32,000 nt of DNA from Methanothermus fervidus DSM 2088 (GTDB lineage Archaea; Methanobacteriota; Methanobacteria; DSM-2088; Methanothermaceae). The translations under genes were made by a program, and so were the position numbers. The stretch is taken from NCBI GenBank assembly GCA_000166095.1, contig CP002278.1, forward strand, positions 630,001 to 662,000, read 5' to 3'. This document shows, one piece after another, positions 19,420 through 27,887 of this stretch (positions are counted from its first letter, which is position 1; each line of letters starts with the position of its first letter). The notes beneath the pieces were generated by a model. That model did not search any database. It had not been told where the DNA came from and was given only the letters and a program-made list of their open reading frames with translations.

Positions 19420-20343
19420 TCATGTATATTCTTTTCTTTCCCTTACAAGTTTTAAAAGTTCAGCAGGAGTATCTATATCCTCAATTTCATATTGCCTAAT
19501 AACAGGGACTCCCTTAAGAGATTCCTTCACATTTTCACTTTTCATAATAAAAGCTGCAAGAGACCCTGCTACTAATGAAATATCTTTAAGTGAGGATGCC
19601 AATTTTAACAATCTACTTTCACTTCTATTCTTCTCTAAACCTGTGATCAATGTTTCGTTTCTTTTTTTACCAAAGTTTGCTAATGCATCAAAAGGTGTCC
19701 TTCCTGTTTTAATGAAACTAAATCTGGAAAATTTTATCTTGTTCTTATTTTCATACTTTAAATTTTCAGGGACTTGGAAAACATCTATTGAAAATGTTAT
19801 TTTACAACCTAAATATTTTTCTAGAGCTAAGGCAACATCAAGAGACATTCTCCCCAATCCTCTTTCATATTTATATATAGATTCTCTAGACACGTTTATA
19901 TGATCTGCAAGATCTTTTAAAGATAAACCAAGTTTTTCTCTAACCCTACGTAATTTTCTTCCATCAATGTTTACGTAATACCCGCCCCTATCTGCAAATA
20001 TCTCTGGATACTCTCCTTCAGCTATTATCCTTTTTAATGTATTAACACTTGATGCAGGAATTCCATATCTGGTATAAATCACGCCATCTTCTAAAGGTTT
20101 ATCTTTTGATCTTATACCAACCAAAAATGGTGAGGCTAGAAGGTTTGAAGCAACCTTTTTCATTTCATTAGCTTGTATTTCATTGAATGAATTTATATTT
20201 ACAAGTACTTTCAATAACAATAATAATAGTTCTTTCCGTGCTAAAAAATCGAAACAACTTCTTTCATATATTCTTGATACTTCAAAACCCTGGTCAATGA
20301 AAAAATTATACATGTCTTCGATAAGCTTTACTCTAGATTCCAT
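19420..20343 (-). CDS. Putative HTH-type (XRE-like) transcriptional regulator, archaeal COG1395-like
   Basis: 307-aa ORF with a central helix-turn-helix LSLKDLADHINVSRESIYKYERG. Its stop is 1 nt from the start of the pilin-like gene. Confidence 0.7.
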   Translation of the reverse strand: MESRVKLIEDMYNFFIDQGFEVSRIYERSCFDFLARKELLLLLLKVLVNINSFNEIQANEMKKVASNLLASPFLVGIRSKDKPLEDGVIYTRYGIPASSVNTLKRIIAEGEYPEIFADRGGYYVNIDGRKLRRVREKLGLSLKDLADHINVSRESIYKYERGLGRMSLDVALALEKYLGCKITFSIDVFQVPENLKYENKNKIKFSRFSFIKTGRTPFDALANFGKKRNETLITGLEKNRSESRLLKLASSLKDISLVAGSLAAFIMKSENVKESLKGVPVIRQYEIEDIDTPAELLKLVRERKEYT

Positions 20344-20348
20344 AATTT

Positions 20349-20360
20349 ATCACCGGTGAT
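20349..20360. promoter_or_regulatory. Perfect 12-bp palindrome ATCACCGGTGAT in the 20-bp divergent spacer; supplies GGTGA SD-like motifs in both directions and/or an operator
   Basis: Read directly: 20349-20360 equals its own reverse complement. GGTGA lies 4 nt before the tiaS ATG (20364) and 6 nt before the regulator ATG (20343, minus strand). Confidence 0.45.
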
Positions 20361-20363
20361 CAT

Positions 20364-21614
20364 ATGCTTCATATAGGTATAGATGATACAGACTCCAGCA
20401 AAGGTATGTGCACTACCTATATAGCTTGTATACTTTATCATGAATTTAAAAGTTGCGGATTTGAAGTGATAGGTTATCCTAGATTGATAAGATTAAATCC
20501 TTTTGCACCACATAAAACCCGTGGAAATGGTGCCGTATCACTCAGAGTAAAAACAAAAAATGAAGAAAAAATTAAAAATAAAGTATTAAACACTGTTTCA
20601 AATTTAGCAGAACTTGAAGATGAAAACACAGATCCTGGAATTGTATTTTATAAAGGAAAAATAACTCCTGAAATGGAAAAATTTGCATTAAAAGCCATAA
20701 GAAAGATTGTTAGTTTAAATGAAGCTAAAAAATTAGCAAAAAAAGTTAATGCTGAAATTTATAAGTTTAAAAAAGGAAGAGGTATCATAGGAGCTCTTGC
20801 AGCAATCTCTTGTCCCCTAAAAGATAAAACTTATGAATTACTTGCATATCGAACACCAGAAAATTATGGTAAAGAAAGAAAAATAGATAGCAATTCTGTT
20901 TTTAAAATGGATAAATTATTTTATCCAAAAACATTTGACAATGTTGACAATGATAACATACTTATAACTCCAAATACACCATGTCCTGTTCTTTATGGTA
21001 TACGAGGTGAAACTCCTGAAGATGTTAGAGAGGCAAATAAAGTTGTTAAGTCAAGGGAACCTATTGAAAGGACATGTATTTTTGAAACAAACCAACACAC
21101 TGACCAACATATCCAAAAAGCAAAAAGAATAGCGGACATGAAGCAGTTTGAATCTTATGTTGTTATAGGGGAAGTAAAAGACGAACCAAAGGTTATTGAA
21201 GGAGGACATGTTTTTTTCACATTGAAAGATAGTTCTGGTGAAATTACTTGTGCAGCTTATGAACCTACAAAAGAATTTAGGAAAATTGTAATGAAATTAA
21301 AACCAGGAGACAAATTGAAAATATATGGAGGTATAGGTGTTCACAATACATTGAACATTGAAAAAATGAAAATATTAGAATTAGCACCTTTATATAAAAA
21401 ATTAAATCCACTATGTCCAAAATGTGGAAAAAGAATGAAGTCCGCTGGGAAAAATAAAGGTCTCAAATGTTTAAATTGTGGTAATAAAATCCCTTATGAA
21501 TATAAAATAATTAAGAAAATTCCTAGGAATATAAAGAAAAAATGGTATGAAGTTCCCCCTGCAGCAAGGCGTCATCTTTCTAAGCCGCTTATAAGGTGTA
21601 AAAATGATATCTAA
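20364..21614 (+). CDS. tiaS: tRNA(Ile2) 2-agmatinylcytidine synthetase
   Basis: 416-aa ORF. N-terminus HIGIDDTDSSKGMCTTY...YPRLIRLNPFAPHKTRGNGAVS matches the TiaS signature I recall. C-terminal CPKC...CLNC zinc ribbon. Confidence 0.88.
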   Translation: MLHIGIDDTDSSKGMCTTYIACILYHEFKSCGFEVIGYPRLIRLNPFAPHKTRGNGAVSLRVKTKNEEKIKNKVLNTVSNLAELEDENTDPGIVFYKGKITPEMEKFALKAIRKIVSLNEAKKLAKKVNAEIYKFKKGRGIIGALAAISCPLKDKTYELLAYRTPENYGKERKIDSNSVFKMDKLFYPKTFDNVDNDNILITPNTPCPVLYGIRGETPEDVREANKVVKSREPIERTCIFETNQHTDQHIQKAKRIADMKQFESYVVIGEVKDEPKVIEGGHVFFTLKDSSGEITCAAYEPTKEFRKIVMKLKPGDKLKIYGGIGVHNTLNIEKMKILELAPLYKKLNPLCPKCGKRMKSAGKNKGLKCLNCGNKIPYEYKIIKKIPRNIKKKWYEVPPAARRHLSKPLIRCKNDI

Positions 21615-22932
21615 AGATTTGGCTAATTTTATTAAAAAAATAAAATATTCAAAATTAAATAAAAATGTTGTTGATAAAGTTAAATGTTCTTTTTTGGATT
21701 TCTTTGGAGTTGCATTAAGAGGATCAAGAGAAAAAAGTGGAATCATAGCATTTAAAAGTTTATACAAGAAGGGAAAGAATTCAACTGTAATTGGTTATGG
21801 AAAAAGCGATGAAATGACTGCAAGCTTAATAAATGGCATATTTGCACATAATACAGATTTAGATGATGGTCACAGAAATGCATTGATGCATCCTGCATGT
21901 ACTGTAATACCAGCTGCACTGTCTCTTGCAGAAAAATACAATGTAATAGGTAAGAGATTTATAGAAGGCATTGTTTGTGGTTATGAAGTTGGCATTGCAA
22001 TTGGAATTTCTATAAATCCAGAACATAGGGAAAGAGGATTTCATACAACAGGCACATGTGGTGTATTTGCAGCCGCTGCAGCTGCATCAAAGGTTTTAAA
22101 CCTTAAAAAGAATGAAATAGTCAATGCCATCGGGTTGGCAGGTACTCAGGCATCTGGATTGTTAGAATCTGATCATGCTGGTACAATGGCAAAACATCTG
22201 CATGCAGGAAAAGCGGCTCAAAGTGGAGTAATATCAGCTATTTTAGCTAAAAATGGTTTTACTGGTGCAAAAACTATATTAGATGGAAAAGAAGGATTTT
22301 TCAATGCATATTCTACTTTAGATAAAATTTCAATAATAAAAAGAGAATTAGGTAAATTTCACATTAGAAACACTTATATGAAAAAATATCCTGTTTGTAG
22401 ACATCTTCATTCCACTTTAGATTCTGGAGAATCAATACTCAAAGAATTAGGAATTAAAAAATTAGATCCAAATAAAGTTAAAAAGATAATTGTAGAGACA
22501 TATGAGGTTGCAGCACAACATAATAATTACAGACCTAAAACTGTGGAAGCTGTTAGACAAAGCCTACCTGTTTCTTTAGCAATTCTTTTGTATAAAGGTG
22601 ATTTATCTTTAGAAAATTTAAAAGAATATGAAAGATTAGAGTCTGGAGTGAAAAAAATTATAGATAAAATTATAATAAAGGTAGATAAAAGTTTAGATGC
22701 AAACAAAAGACCATCAAAAGTTTGTATTGAATTTAAAAATAGAAAAATTGAAAAATTTACACCTATACCTAGAGGAGAACCAGAAAATCCCTTTTCAAAG
22801 GAAGATATATTGAAAAAATTCAAAAAATTGAATCCTGAATATCCAATAAAAAAATTAAAAATTATAGATGAGTTGGAAGATATTGAAGTTGGAGCCTTGA
22901 TGGAGGAATTGTCATGGAAGCAAGAGCAATAA
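21604..22932 (+). CDS. MmgE/PrpD-family protein (2-methylcitrate dehydratase/cis-aconitate decarboxylase superfamily); substrate unknown
   Basis: 442-aa ORF. Family-typical pattern ...FLDFFGVALRGS..., ...NGIFAHNTDLDDGHRNALMHPACTVIPAALSLAE..., ...GTQASGL...MAKHLHAGKAAQSG. Overlaps tiaS by 11 nt. SD AAGGTG upstream. Confidence 0.8.
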   Translation: MISKDLANFIKKIKYSKLNKNVVDKVKCSFLDFFGVALRGSREKSGIIAFKSLYKKGKNSTVIGYGKSDEMTASLINGIFAHNTDLDDGHRNALMHPACTVIPAALSLAEKYNVIGKRFIEGIVCGYEVGIAIGISINPEHRERGFHTTGTCGVFAAAAAASKVLNLKKNEIVNAIGLAGTQASGLLESDHAGTMAKHLHAGKAAQSGVISAILAKNGFTGAKTILDGKEGFFNAYSTLDKISIIKRELGKFHIRNTYMKKYPVCRHLHSTLDSGESILKELGIKKLDPNKVKKIIVETYEVAAQHNNYRPKTVEAVRQSLPVSLAILLYKGDLSLENLKEYERLESGVKKIIDKIIIKVDKSLDANKRPSKVCIEFKNRKIEKFTPIPRGEPENPFSKEDILKKFKKLNPEYPIKKLKIIDELEDIEVGALMEELSWKQEQ

Positions 22933-23810
22933 ATTTTCTTAAAAAAATAGGTATTAAATATGAATTTAAAAAATCTAACAAAAGATTTGAAGACGGATCT
23001 GAATATAGGTTTGAGGTTCCTGGAATACAAGGAGTGGAAGCTCTTGAAGCATTGATAGACGCTATAGATGAATATGATGTAACTGTTCATAGAGTCACTC
23101 AGACCAAGGGAATTATGATGCTCACTGATTCTGAGATAGAAAAAATGGCTGAATTGGCGTTGGAAGCTAAACTTGAATTGTTTTTAAGTGTGGGTCCACG
23201 AGCAACATATGATACAAGTGCAACAGTGCATACAAAAGAAGGAGCAAGAATTGGATATAGGTTAAGAGGTTATGAAAATTTAGTATATGCAATTGAAGAT
23301 GTAATGAGGGCCATTGATTTAGGTGTTAGAGGAATAGTTGTTTATGATGAAGGACTTCTCTGGGCATTGAATAAAATGAGAGAAAATGGTGACATACCAA
23401 AAGATGTACATTTTAAAGTATCAGCTCATTGTGGTCACGGTAATCCCGCATCTGCAATTTTACTTGAAAAAATAGGTGCAGACTCCTTTAACCCTGTGCG
23501 TGATTTGCAGATACATATGCTTGCTTCATTAAGGCAGGTAATAGATATACCTATAGATGTGCACACTGAAAATCCAAAATCTTCTGGTGGTTTTATAAGA
23601 CATTATGAAGTGCCTGATATGATTAAATTTTCAGCACCAGTATATCTTAAAACAGGAGGATCTGTAGCATTAACACATGCTTGGGAAACAACTAAAGATG
23701 AAGCAAAAAAAAGGGTAAAGCAAGTTTTACTTGTACAATCCATGATAGAGAGATACTATCCTGAAGCAAAGATTTCTAGTAAAAAACATTTGGCAATACC
23801 TTCACCTTAG
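22914..23810 (+). CDS. Conserved-looking hypothetical protein, possibly alpha/beta-barrel enzyme; no family recognised
   Basis: 298-aa ORF with normal cytoplasmic composition. SD GGAGGA lies 6-7 nt before the ATG. 19-nt overlap with the upstream gene and zero spacer to the downstream gene. Confidence 0.5.
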   Translation: MEARAINFLKKIGIKYEFKKSNKRFEDGSEYRFEVPGIQGVEALEALIDAIDEYDVTVHRVTQTKGIMMLTDSEIEKMAELALEAKLELFLSVGPRATYDTSATVHTKEGARIGYRLRGYENLVYAIEDVMRAIDLGVRGIVVYDEGLLWALNKMRENGDIPKDVHFKVSAHCGHGNPASAILLEKIGADSFNPVRDLQIHMLASLRQVIDIPIDVHTENPKSSGGFIRHYEVPDMIKFSAPVYLKTGGSVALTHAWETTKDEAKKRVKQVLLVQSMIERYYPEAKISSKKHLAIPSP

Positions 23811-24665
23811 GTGGTAATTTTGGACTTAGTTAAAAAAGTTAAAAAAGCTGTTATAAAATGTAGCACAGAATATAGTGAAGATCAAATAAAAGCTTATAAA
23901 AATGCCATAAAAAATGAAAACAATGAAAATGCTGTTTGGGTTCTTAAGTTACTCTTAAAAAATGCTAAAATTGCAAAAAAGAAAAGAAGACCACTTTGCG
24001 ATGATACAGGTATTCCCCATGTATATATAGAAATTGGCAAAAAATCAGAAATTTCTAGTACGTTTTTTCAAAAAATCAGGCGAGGCATAGCTGAAGGATT
24101 ACGTGAGCTTCCAGGACGCCCTATGGCCCTAAAAGGAAATGATATAGAAAGAATAGAACAAAGTAAAGGGATATATGAAGATCCTGGGAAAGTGGTTCCT
24201 CCTTCATTCTTCATAGATAACAATAAAGAAGAAAATGGAACAAAAATTCATATAATGATGTTAGGAGGTGGTCCAGAAATTAGAGCTAGAACTAAAAAAG
24301 TTTTCCATGAACATGATTACAGAAAAGTATTTAAAGAAGTAATTAGATGGATAATAGTAGAGGCTAAATCTCTAGGTTGTACACCTTGTGTACCCGCCAT
24401 AGGTATTGGAAGGACACATTATGAGGCAACATCGTTAATGCTCAAGGCAATTGCTCATGGTAAATTAGATCAGCAATCAGAACTAGAAGAATATATAACT
24501 AATTCTGTAAATTCTTCAGGAATAGGTCCTTTAGGTTTAGGAGGGTCCACCACTGCATTAGGAACTTTAATTAAAATAGGTCCACAAAGAGCCAGCGGTG
24601 TCAGAATCGTATCTACAAGATTATGTTGTTGTGTAGAACCAAGAAAATACACGATAACCATCTGA
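23811..24665 (+). CDS. Fe-S type hydro-lyase, alpha (catalytic N-terminal) subunit, class I fumarate hydratase/L-tartrate dehydratase family
   Basis: 284-aa ORF with family motifs PLCDDTGIPHV, MMLGGGPE, GCTPCVPAIGIGRTH, GIGPLGLGGSTTAL. The start is ambiguous: GTG 23811, or in-frame TTG 23820 preceded by AGGTGG. Confidence 0.8.
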   Translation: MVILDLVKKVKKAVIKCSTEYSEDQIKAYKNAIKNENNENAVWVLKLLLKNAKIAKKKRRPLCDDTGIPHVYIEIGKKSEISSTFFQKIRRGIAEGLRELPGRPMALKGNDIERIEQSKGIYEDPGKVVPPSFFIDNNKEENGTKIHIMMLGGGPEIRARTKKVFHEHDYRKVFKEVIRWIIVEAKSLGCTPCVPAIGIGRTHYEATSLMLKAIAHGKLDQQSELEEYITNSVNSSGIGPLGLGGSTTALGTLIKIGPQRASGVRIVSTRLCCCVEPRKYTITI

Positions 24666-24675
24666 GGTGAGTTTT

Positions 24676-25473
24676 ATGACAAAAATGCGGACAAAATGGA
24701 GAACATCAATTACTAAAATTGAACCAAACAAAATAATAATTAGAGGAATTCCAATAGAAAGACTCATTGGGAGTATAAGTTTCCCGGAAGTTGTATATTT
24801 ATTAATAAAGGGAAAATTACCTAGTGAAAAAGAGGCAAGAATGTTAGAAGCTGTATTAGTTTCATTTGCTGACCATGGAGTGACTCCACCTAGTACTCAA
24901 GTTTCAAGGATAATAGCATCAACAGGATCACCTGTCAATGCCTGTATTGCTGGTGGGCTATTAGCATTTGGTAAACATCATGCAGGAGCAATAGAACATG
25001 CCATGAAATTATTCCAAAATTCTGTTGAGTTATGTGATTCTGAAGATGATATACCTGAAGTTGCAAGGGATGTTGTAAATAAATATATTTCAAAAGGAAA
25101 GAAAATTCCTGGTTATGGTCATAGATTCCATAATGAGGATCCACGACCCGTAAGACTTTTTGAATTAGCAGAAGAACTTAATTTCAAAGGACCACATATG
25201 GTTTTTGCCCTTGAAGTTGAAAAAATCTTAAATGAATTAAAAAACATAAAAATGAATGTTGATGGAGCTTGTGCATCAATACTATCAGATCTTGGATTTG
25301 ATTGGAGAATTGGAGTAGGAATGTTTATGTTAGGTAGGTTACCAGGAATTATAGCCCATATTTATGAAGAACGTACAAAAGAACCTCCATTTAGGAAATT
25401 CTTTGATGTTGATGAAATTGAATATGAAGAAGAACAAATATTCAGACCTCCTAAGTTAAAAACACCTGAGTAA
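24676..25473 (+). CDS. Citrate synthase-superfamily short protein (citryl-CoA lyase-like)
   Basis: The ORF track starts at GTG 24667, but the ATG at 24676 is preceded by GAGGTGA at 5 nt, so I call that start (265 aa). Motifs WRTSIT, GKHHAGA (cf. HGGA), PGYGHRFHNEDPR, VDGACAS. The size fits CCL rather than a full citrate synthase. Confidence 0.75.
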   Translation: MTKMRTKWRTSITKIEPNKIIIRGIPIERLIGSISFPEVVYLLIKGKLPSEKEARMLEAVLVSFADHGVTPPSTQVSRIIASTGSPVNACIAGGLLAFGKHHAGAIEHAMKLFQNSVELCDSEDDIPEVARDVVNKYISKGKKIPGYGHRFHNEDPRPVRLFELAEELNFKGPHMVFALEVEKILNELKNIKMNVDGACASILSDLGFDWRIGVGMFMLGRLPGIIAHIYEERTKEPPFRKFFDVDEIEYEEEQIFRPPKLKTPE

Positions 25474-25983
25474 CTATTTATTTATTTTTTCCCAAAGAGT
25501 GCCATTATTGGTTTCATATCTTCTAGCATATCCTTCTCTTTCAAGAGCTTTTAATATATTTAACATGCTTTCAAATTTAAGTTCTTTAAATCCGACTTTT
25601 TTGACAAAATCATGCAATTCCTTAGCTGAGGCTTTTTTAGATGGTAATAAATGATATATTTGAGATTGAAAAGACGTAAGCCCGGGTTTAGGTTTAGATG
25701 TCAATGCTTCAATATATTTCTCAAGTTTTTTTAATTTTTTATCTTTTTTTGATAATTCTTCCTTCAAAACTTTAATTTTTTTATCTTTTTCTTGGATTAT
25801 ATTTTTTAAATTGATTATTTCTAAATTTTTATTTCTAATCTCTGCCTCATATCCTTCATTTTTTAATTTCTTTAGCTTATTCCGACATTTATTTAATTCT
25901 AATCTTAATTTAGAAATTTCTAATAAACATGACTTAACAAGTTTTTTTAATTCTTCTTTTTCTGAATCTTTAAATAGTCGCAT
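25474..25983 (-). CDS. Coiled-coil protein with C-terminal winged-helix-like domain; function unknown
   Basis: 169-aa ORF. Residues ~5-95 are K/E/L heptad-like (LKKLKNEGYEAEIRNKNLEIINLKNIIQEKDKKIKVLKEELSKKDKKLKKLEKYIEAL). The C-terminus ...SAKELHDFVKKVG...MLNILKALEREGYARR... looks like a wHTH. Confidence 0.55.
   Translation of the reverse strand: MRLFKDSEKEELKKLVKSCLLEISKLRLELNKCRNKLKKLKNEGYEAEIRNKNLEIINLKNIIQEKDKKIKVLKEELSKKDKKLKKLEKYIEALTSKPKPGLTSFQSQIYHLLPSKKASAKELHDFVKKVGFKELKFESMLNILKALEREGYARRYETNNGTLWEKINK
25477..25490 (+). terminator. Oligo-T tract TTTATTTATTTTTT immediately after the CCL-like stop
   Basis: Read directly. It lies inside the 3' end of the convergent minus-strand gene. 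Confidence 0.4.
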
Positions 25984-25992
25984 AGATATCCC

Positions 25993-26004
25993 AAAAAATA
26001 AAAA
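25993..26004 (-). terminator. Oligo-T tract (TTTTTATTTTTT on the minus strand) directly after the asd stop
   Basis: Read directly. It occupies most of the 21-nt gap before the coiled-coil gene. Confidence 0.35.
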
Positions 26005-27051
26005 TCAAAGAATTGTTTCTTTAATGAGTTCTGCGTTTAGCACTGACGCTCCTGCCGCACCTCTAATTGTATTATGTCCAACTAACACATATTTAAGACT
26101 ATTTTCAATTGTGTTATCTTTTCGCAATCTTCCAACTGTTACAGCCATTCCATTCTCGTTATCTCTATCTATTCTTGGCTGAGGTCTATCTTCATCGTCT
26201 AAAACTATTATTGGTTTTTTTGGTGCAGAAGGAAGATTTAGTTTTTGTGGTAAACCCTTAAACTTTGCCATTGCATCTTTTATATCTTCTATATCAAAAT
26301 TTTCTTCTAATTCAATGAATACGGCTTCAGTATGTCCATCTAACACAGGTACTCTATGGCAAGAAGCAGTTATTTTAAATTTTGCTGGTTCAATACTATC
26401 ATCCTTTAAAGTTCCAAGAATTTTTAAAGTTTCTGTCTCTATCTTTTCTTCTTCGCCACTTATAAATGGTATTATATTATCTAAAATTGCCATGGATGGA
26501 ACACCAGCATATCCAGCACCAGACACTGCTTGCATAGTTGCAACATATACTCTTTTTATATCAAATAAATCATAAATTGGTTTTAATGTCAATGTAAGTG
26601 CTATTGTCGAACAATTAGGGTTAGTAACTATAAAACCTTCCCAACCTCTTTTTTCTTGTTGTATTTCAATTAAATCCAATGATTCTGGATTTACTTCGGG
26701 AATTAAAAGTGGAACATCTGGTTCCATCCGCATAGCACTTGCATTAGATGCAACGATATATTTTTCTGCAAATTTAGGCTCTACCTTGGCAGCAATGTTT
26801 GATGGTAAAGCTGAGAATAATATATCTACATCCTCAACTTCTTTTGGATCTGTGTTAACAACTGTTATATCCTTAACAGATTCTGGCATTTCTATATCTA
26901 AATACCATTTAGCTGCGTCTTCATACTTTTTACCTGCTGACCTTGGGGAAGCTGTTAAAACTTCAATTTCAAAGTCAGGATGATCTGCCAACAAACTGAC
27001 AAATCTTTGTCCAACCATGCCGGTGGCGCCGAGTATGCCTACTTTCAACAT
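26005..27051 (-). CDS. asd: Aspartate-semialdehyde dehydrogenase
   Basis: 348-aa ORF. N-terminal [12 protein letters not shown] Rossmann motif, active-site region NPNCSTI, and C-terminal ...[10 protein letters not shown]. Confidence 0.92.
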   Translation of the reverse strand: MLKVGILGATGMVGQRFVSLLADHPDFEIEVLTASPRSAGKKYEDAAKWYLDIEMPESVKDITVVNTDPKEVEDVDILFSALPSNIAAKVEPKFAEKYIVASNASAMRMEPDVPLLIPEVNPESLDLIEIQQEKRGWEGFIVTNPNCSTIALTLTLKPIYDLFDIKRVYVATMQAVSGAGYAGVPSMAILDNIIPFISGEEEKIETETLKILGTLKDDSIEPAKFKITASCHRVPVLDGHTEAVFIELEENFDIEDIKDAMAKFKGLPQKLNLPSAPKKPIIVLDDEDRPQPRIDRDNENGMAVTVGRLRKDNTIENSLKYVLVGHNTIRGAAGASVLNAELIKETIL

Positions 27052-27055
27052 CTTA

Positions 27056-27871
27056 TCACCTGAGGCCTAAAACATCTTTCATGTCACTTATTTTTCCTGG
27101 TTTTGCATGTTTTATATATCTTATAGCACGTAAAACTCCATTAACGAATGCTTGTCTACTATGTGCACGATGAATGATTTCCAATCTTTCACCATTGCCT
27201 AAAAACATAACTGTATGGTCCCCAACAACATCTCCGCCTCTTATTGCATGTACGCCTATCTCTTCGTCACTTCTTTCGCCAACAATTCCTTTTCTACCAT
27301 AAACAGCCACATCTTTACTTTTTCCTCTTTTATCACATATTATTTCTAAAGCTTTCATGGCAGTGCCAGATGGAGCATCTACTTTGTGTCTGTGATGAGC
27401 TTCAATGATTTCTACATCATAGTCTTCAAGTAATGACGCAAGATCTTCAATAATTTTGAAAAAAACATTTACTCCGACTGCCATATTTGGAGAAATAACT
27501 GCTTTAATGTTATTTTTTTCTACACAATCCTCAATTATTTTCATCTGTTCCTCATTAAAACCAGTTGTACCAACGACTAAATTTACTCCCATTTTACTAG
27601 CTGTTTTTATATTTTCAACTGCAGCATTTGGAGTTGTGAAATCAACTAAAACGTCAGGGTCTTTGTCTTTTAGAACTTCTTTTAAAAAATTTGCACCTCT
27701 TATCTTTACACCAACATGTCCTATACCAATTGTTTCACCAATGTCTTTACCTTCTAATTCCGTATTTGGAGCTTCTATCGCACCAACAAGTTCCATGTCT
27801 TTCTCTTTAACTACATTCTTTATAATTAATGACCCCATTCTTCCACAAGCGCCACAAACAACTATTTTCAT
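27056..27871 (-). CDS. dapB: 4-hydroxy-tetrahydrodipicolinate reductase
   Basis: 271-aa [17 protein letters not shown]-terminus and the [15 protein letters not shown] signature. Confidence 0.92.
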   Translation of the reverse strand: MKIVVCGACGRMGSLIIKNVVKEKDMELVGAIEAPNTELEGKDIGETIGIGHVGVKIRGANFLKEVLKDKDPDVLVDFTTPNAAVENIKTASKMGVNLVVGTTGFNEEQMKIIEDCVEKNNIKAVISPNMAVGVNVFFKIIEDLASLLEDYDVEIIEAHHRHKVDAPSGTAMKALEIICDKRGKSKDVAVYGRKGIVGERSDEEIGVHAIRGGDVVGDHTVMFLGNGERLEIIHRAHSRQAFVNGVLRAIRYIKHAKPGKISDMKDVLGLR

Positions 27872-27887
27872 GATTGATACCTCAATG

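Noticed and set aside
22527-23090. 187-aa minus-strand ORF spanning the PrpD-family/298-aa gene junction.
   Set aside because: It is entirely antisense to two coupled plus-strand genes with clear family motifs or SD sites. The translation is F/S/I/N-rich and low-complexity. This is a shadow ORF.
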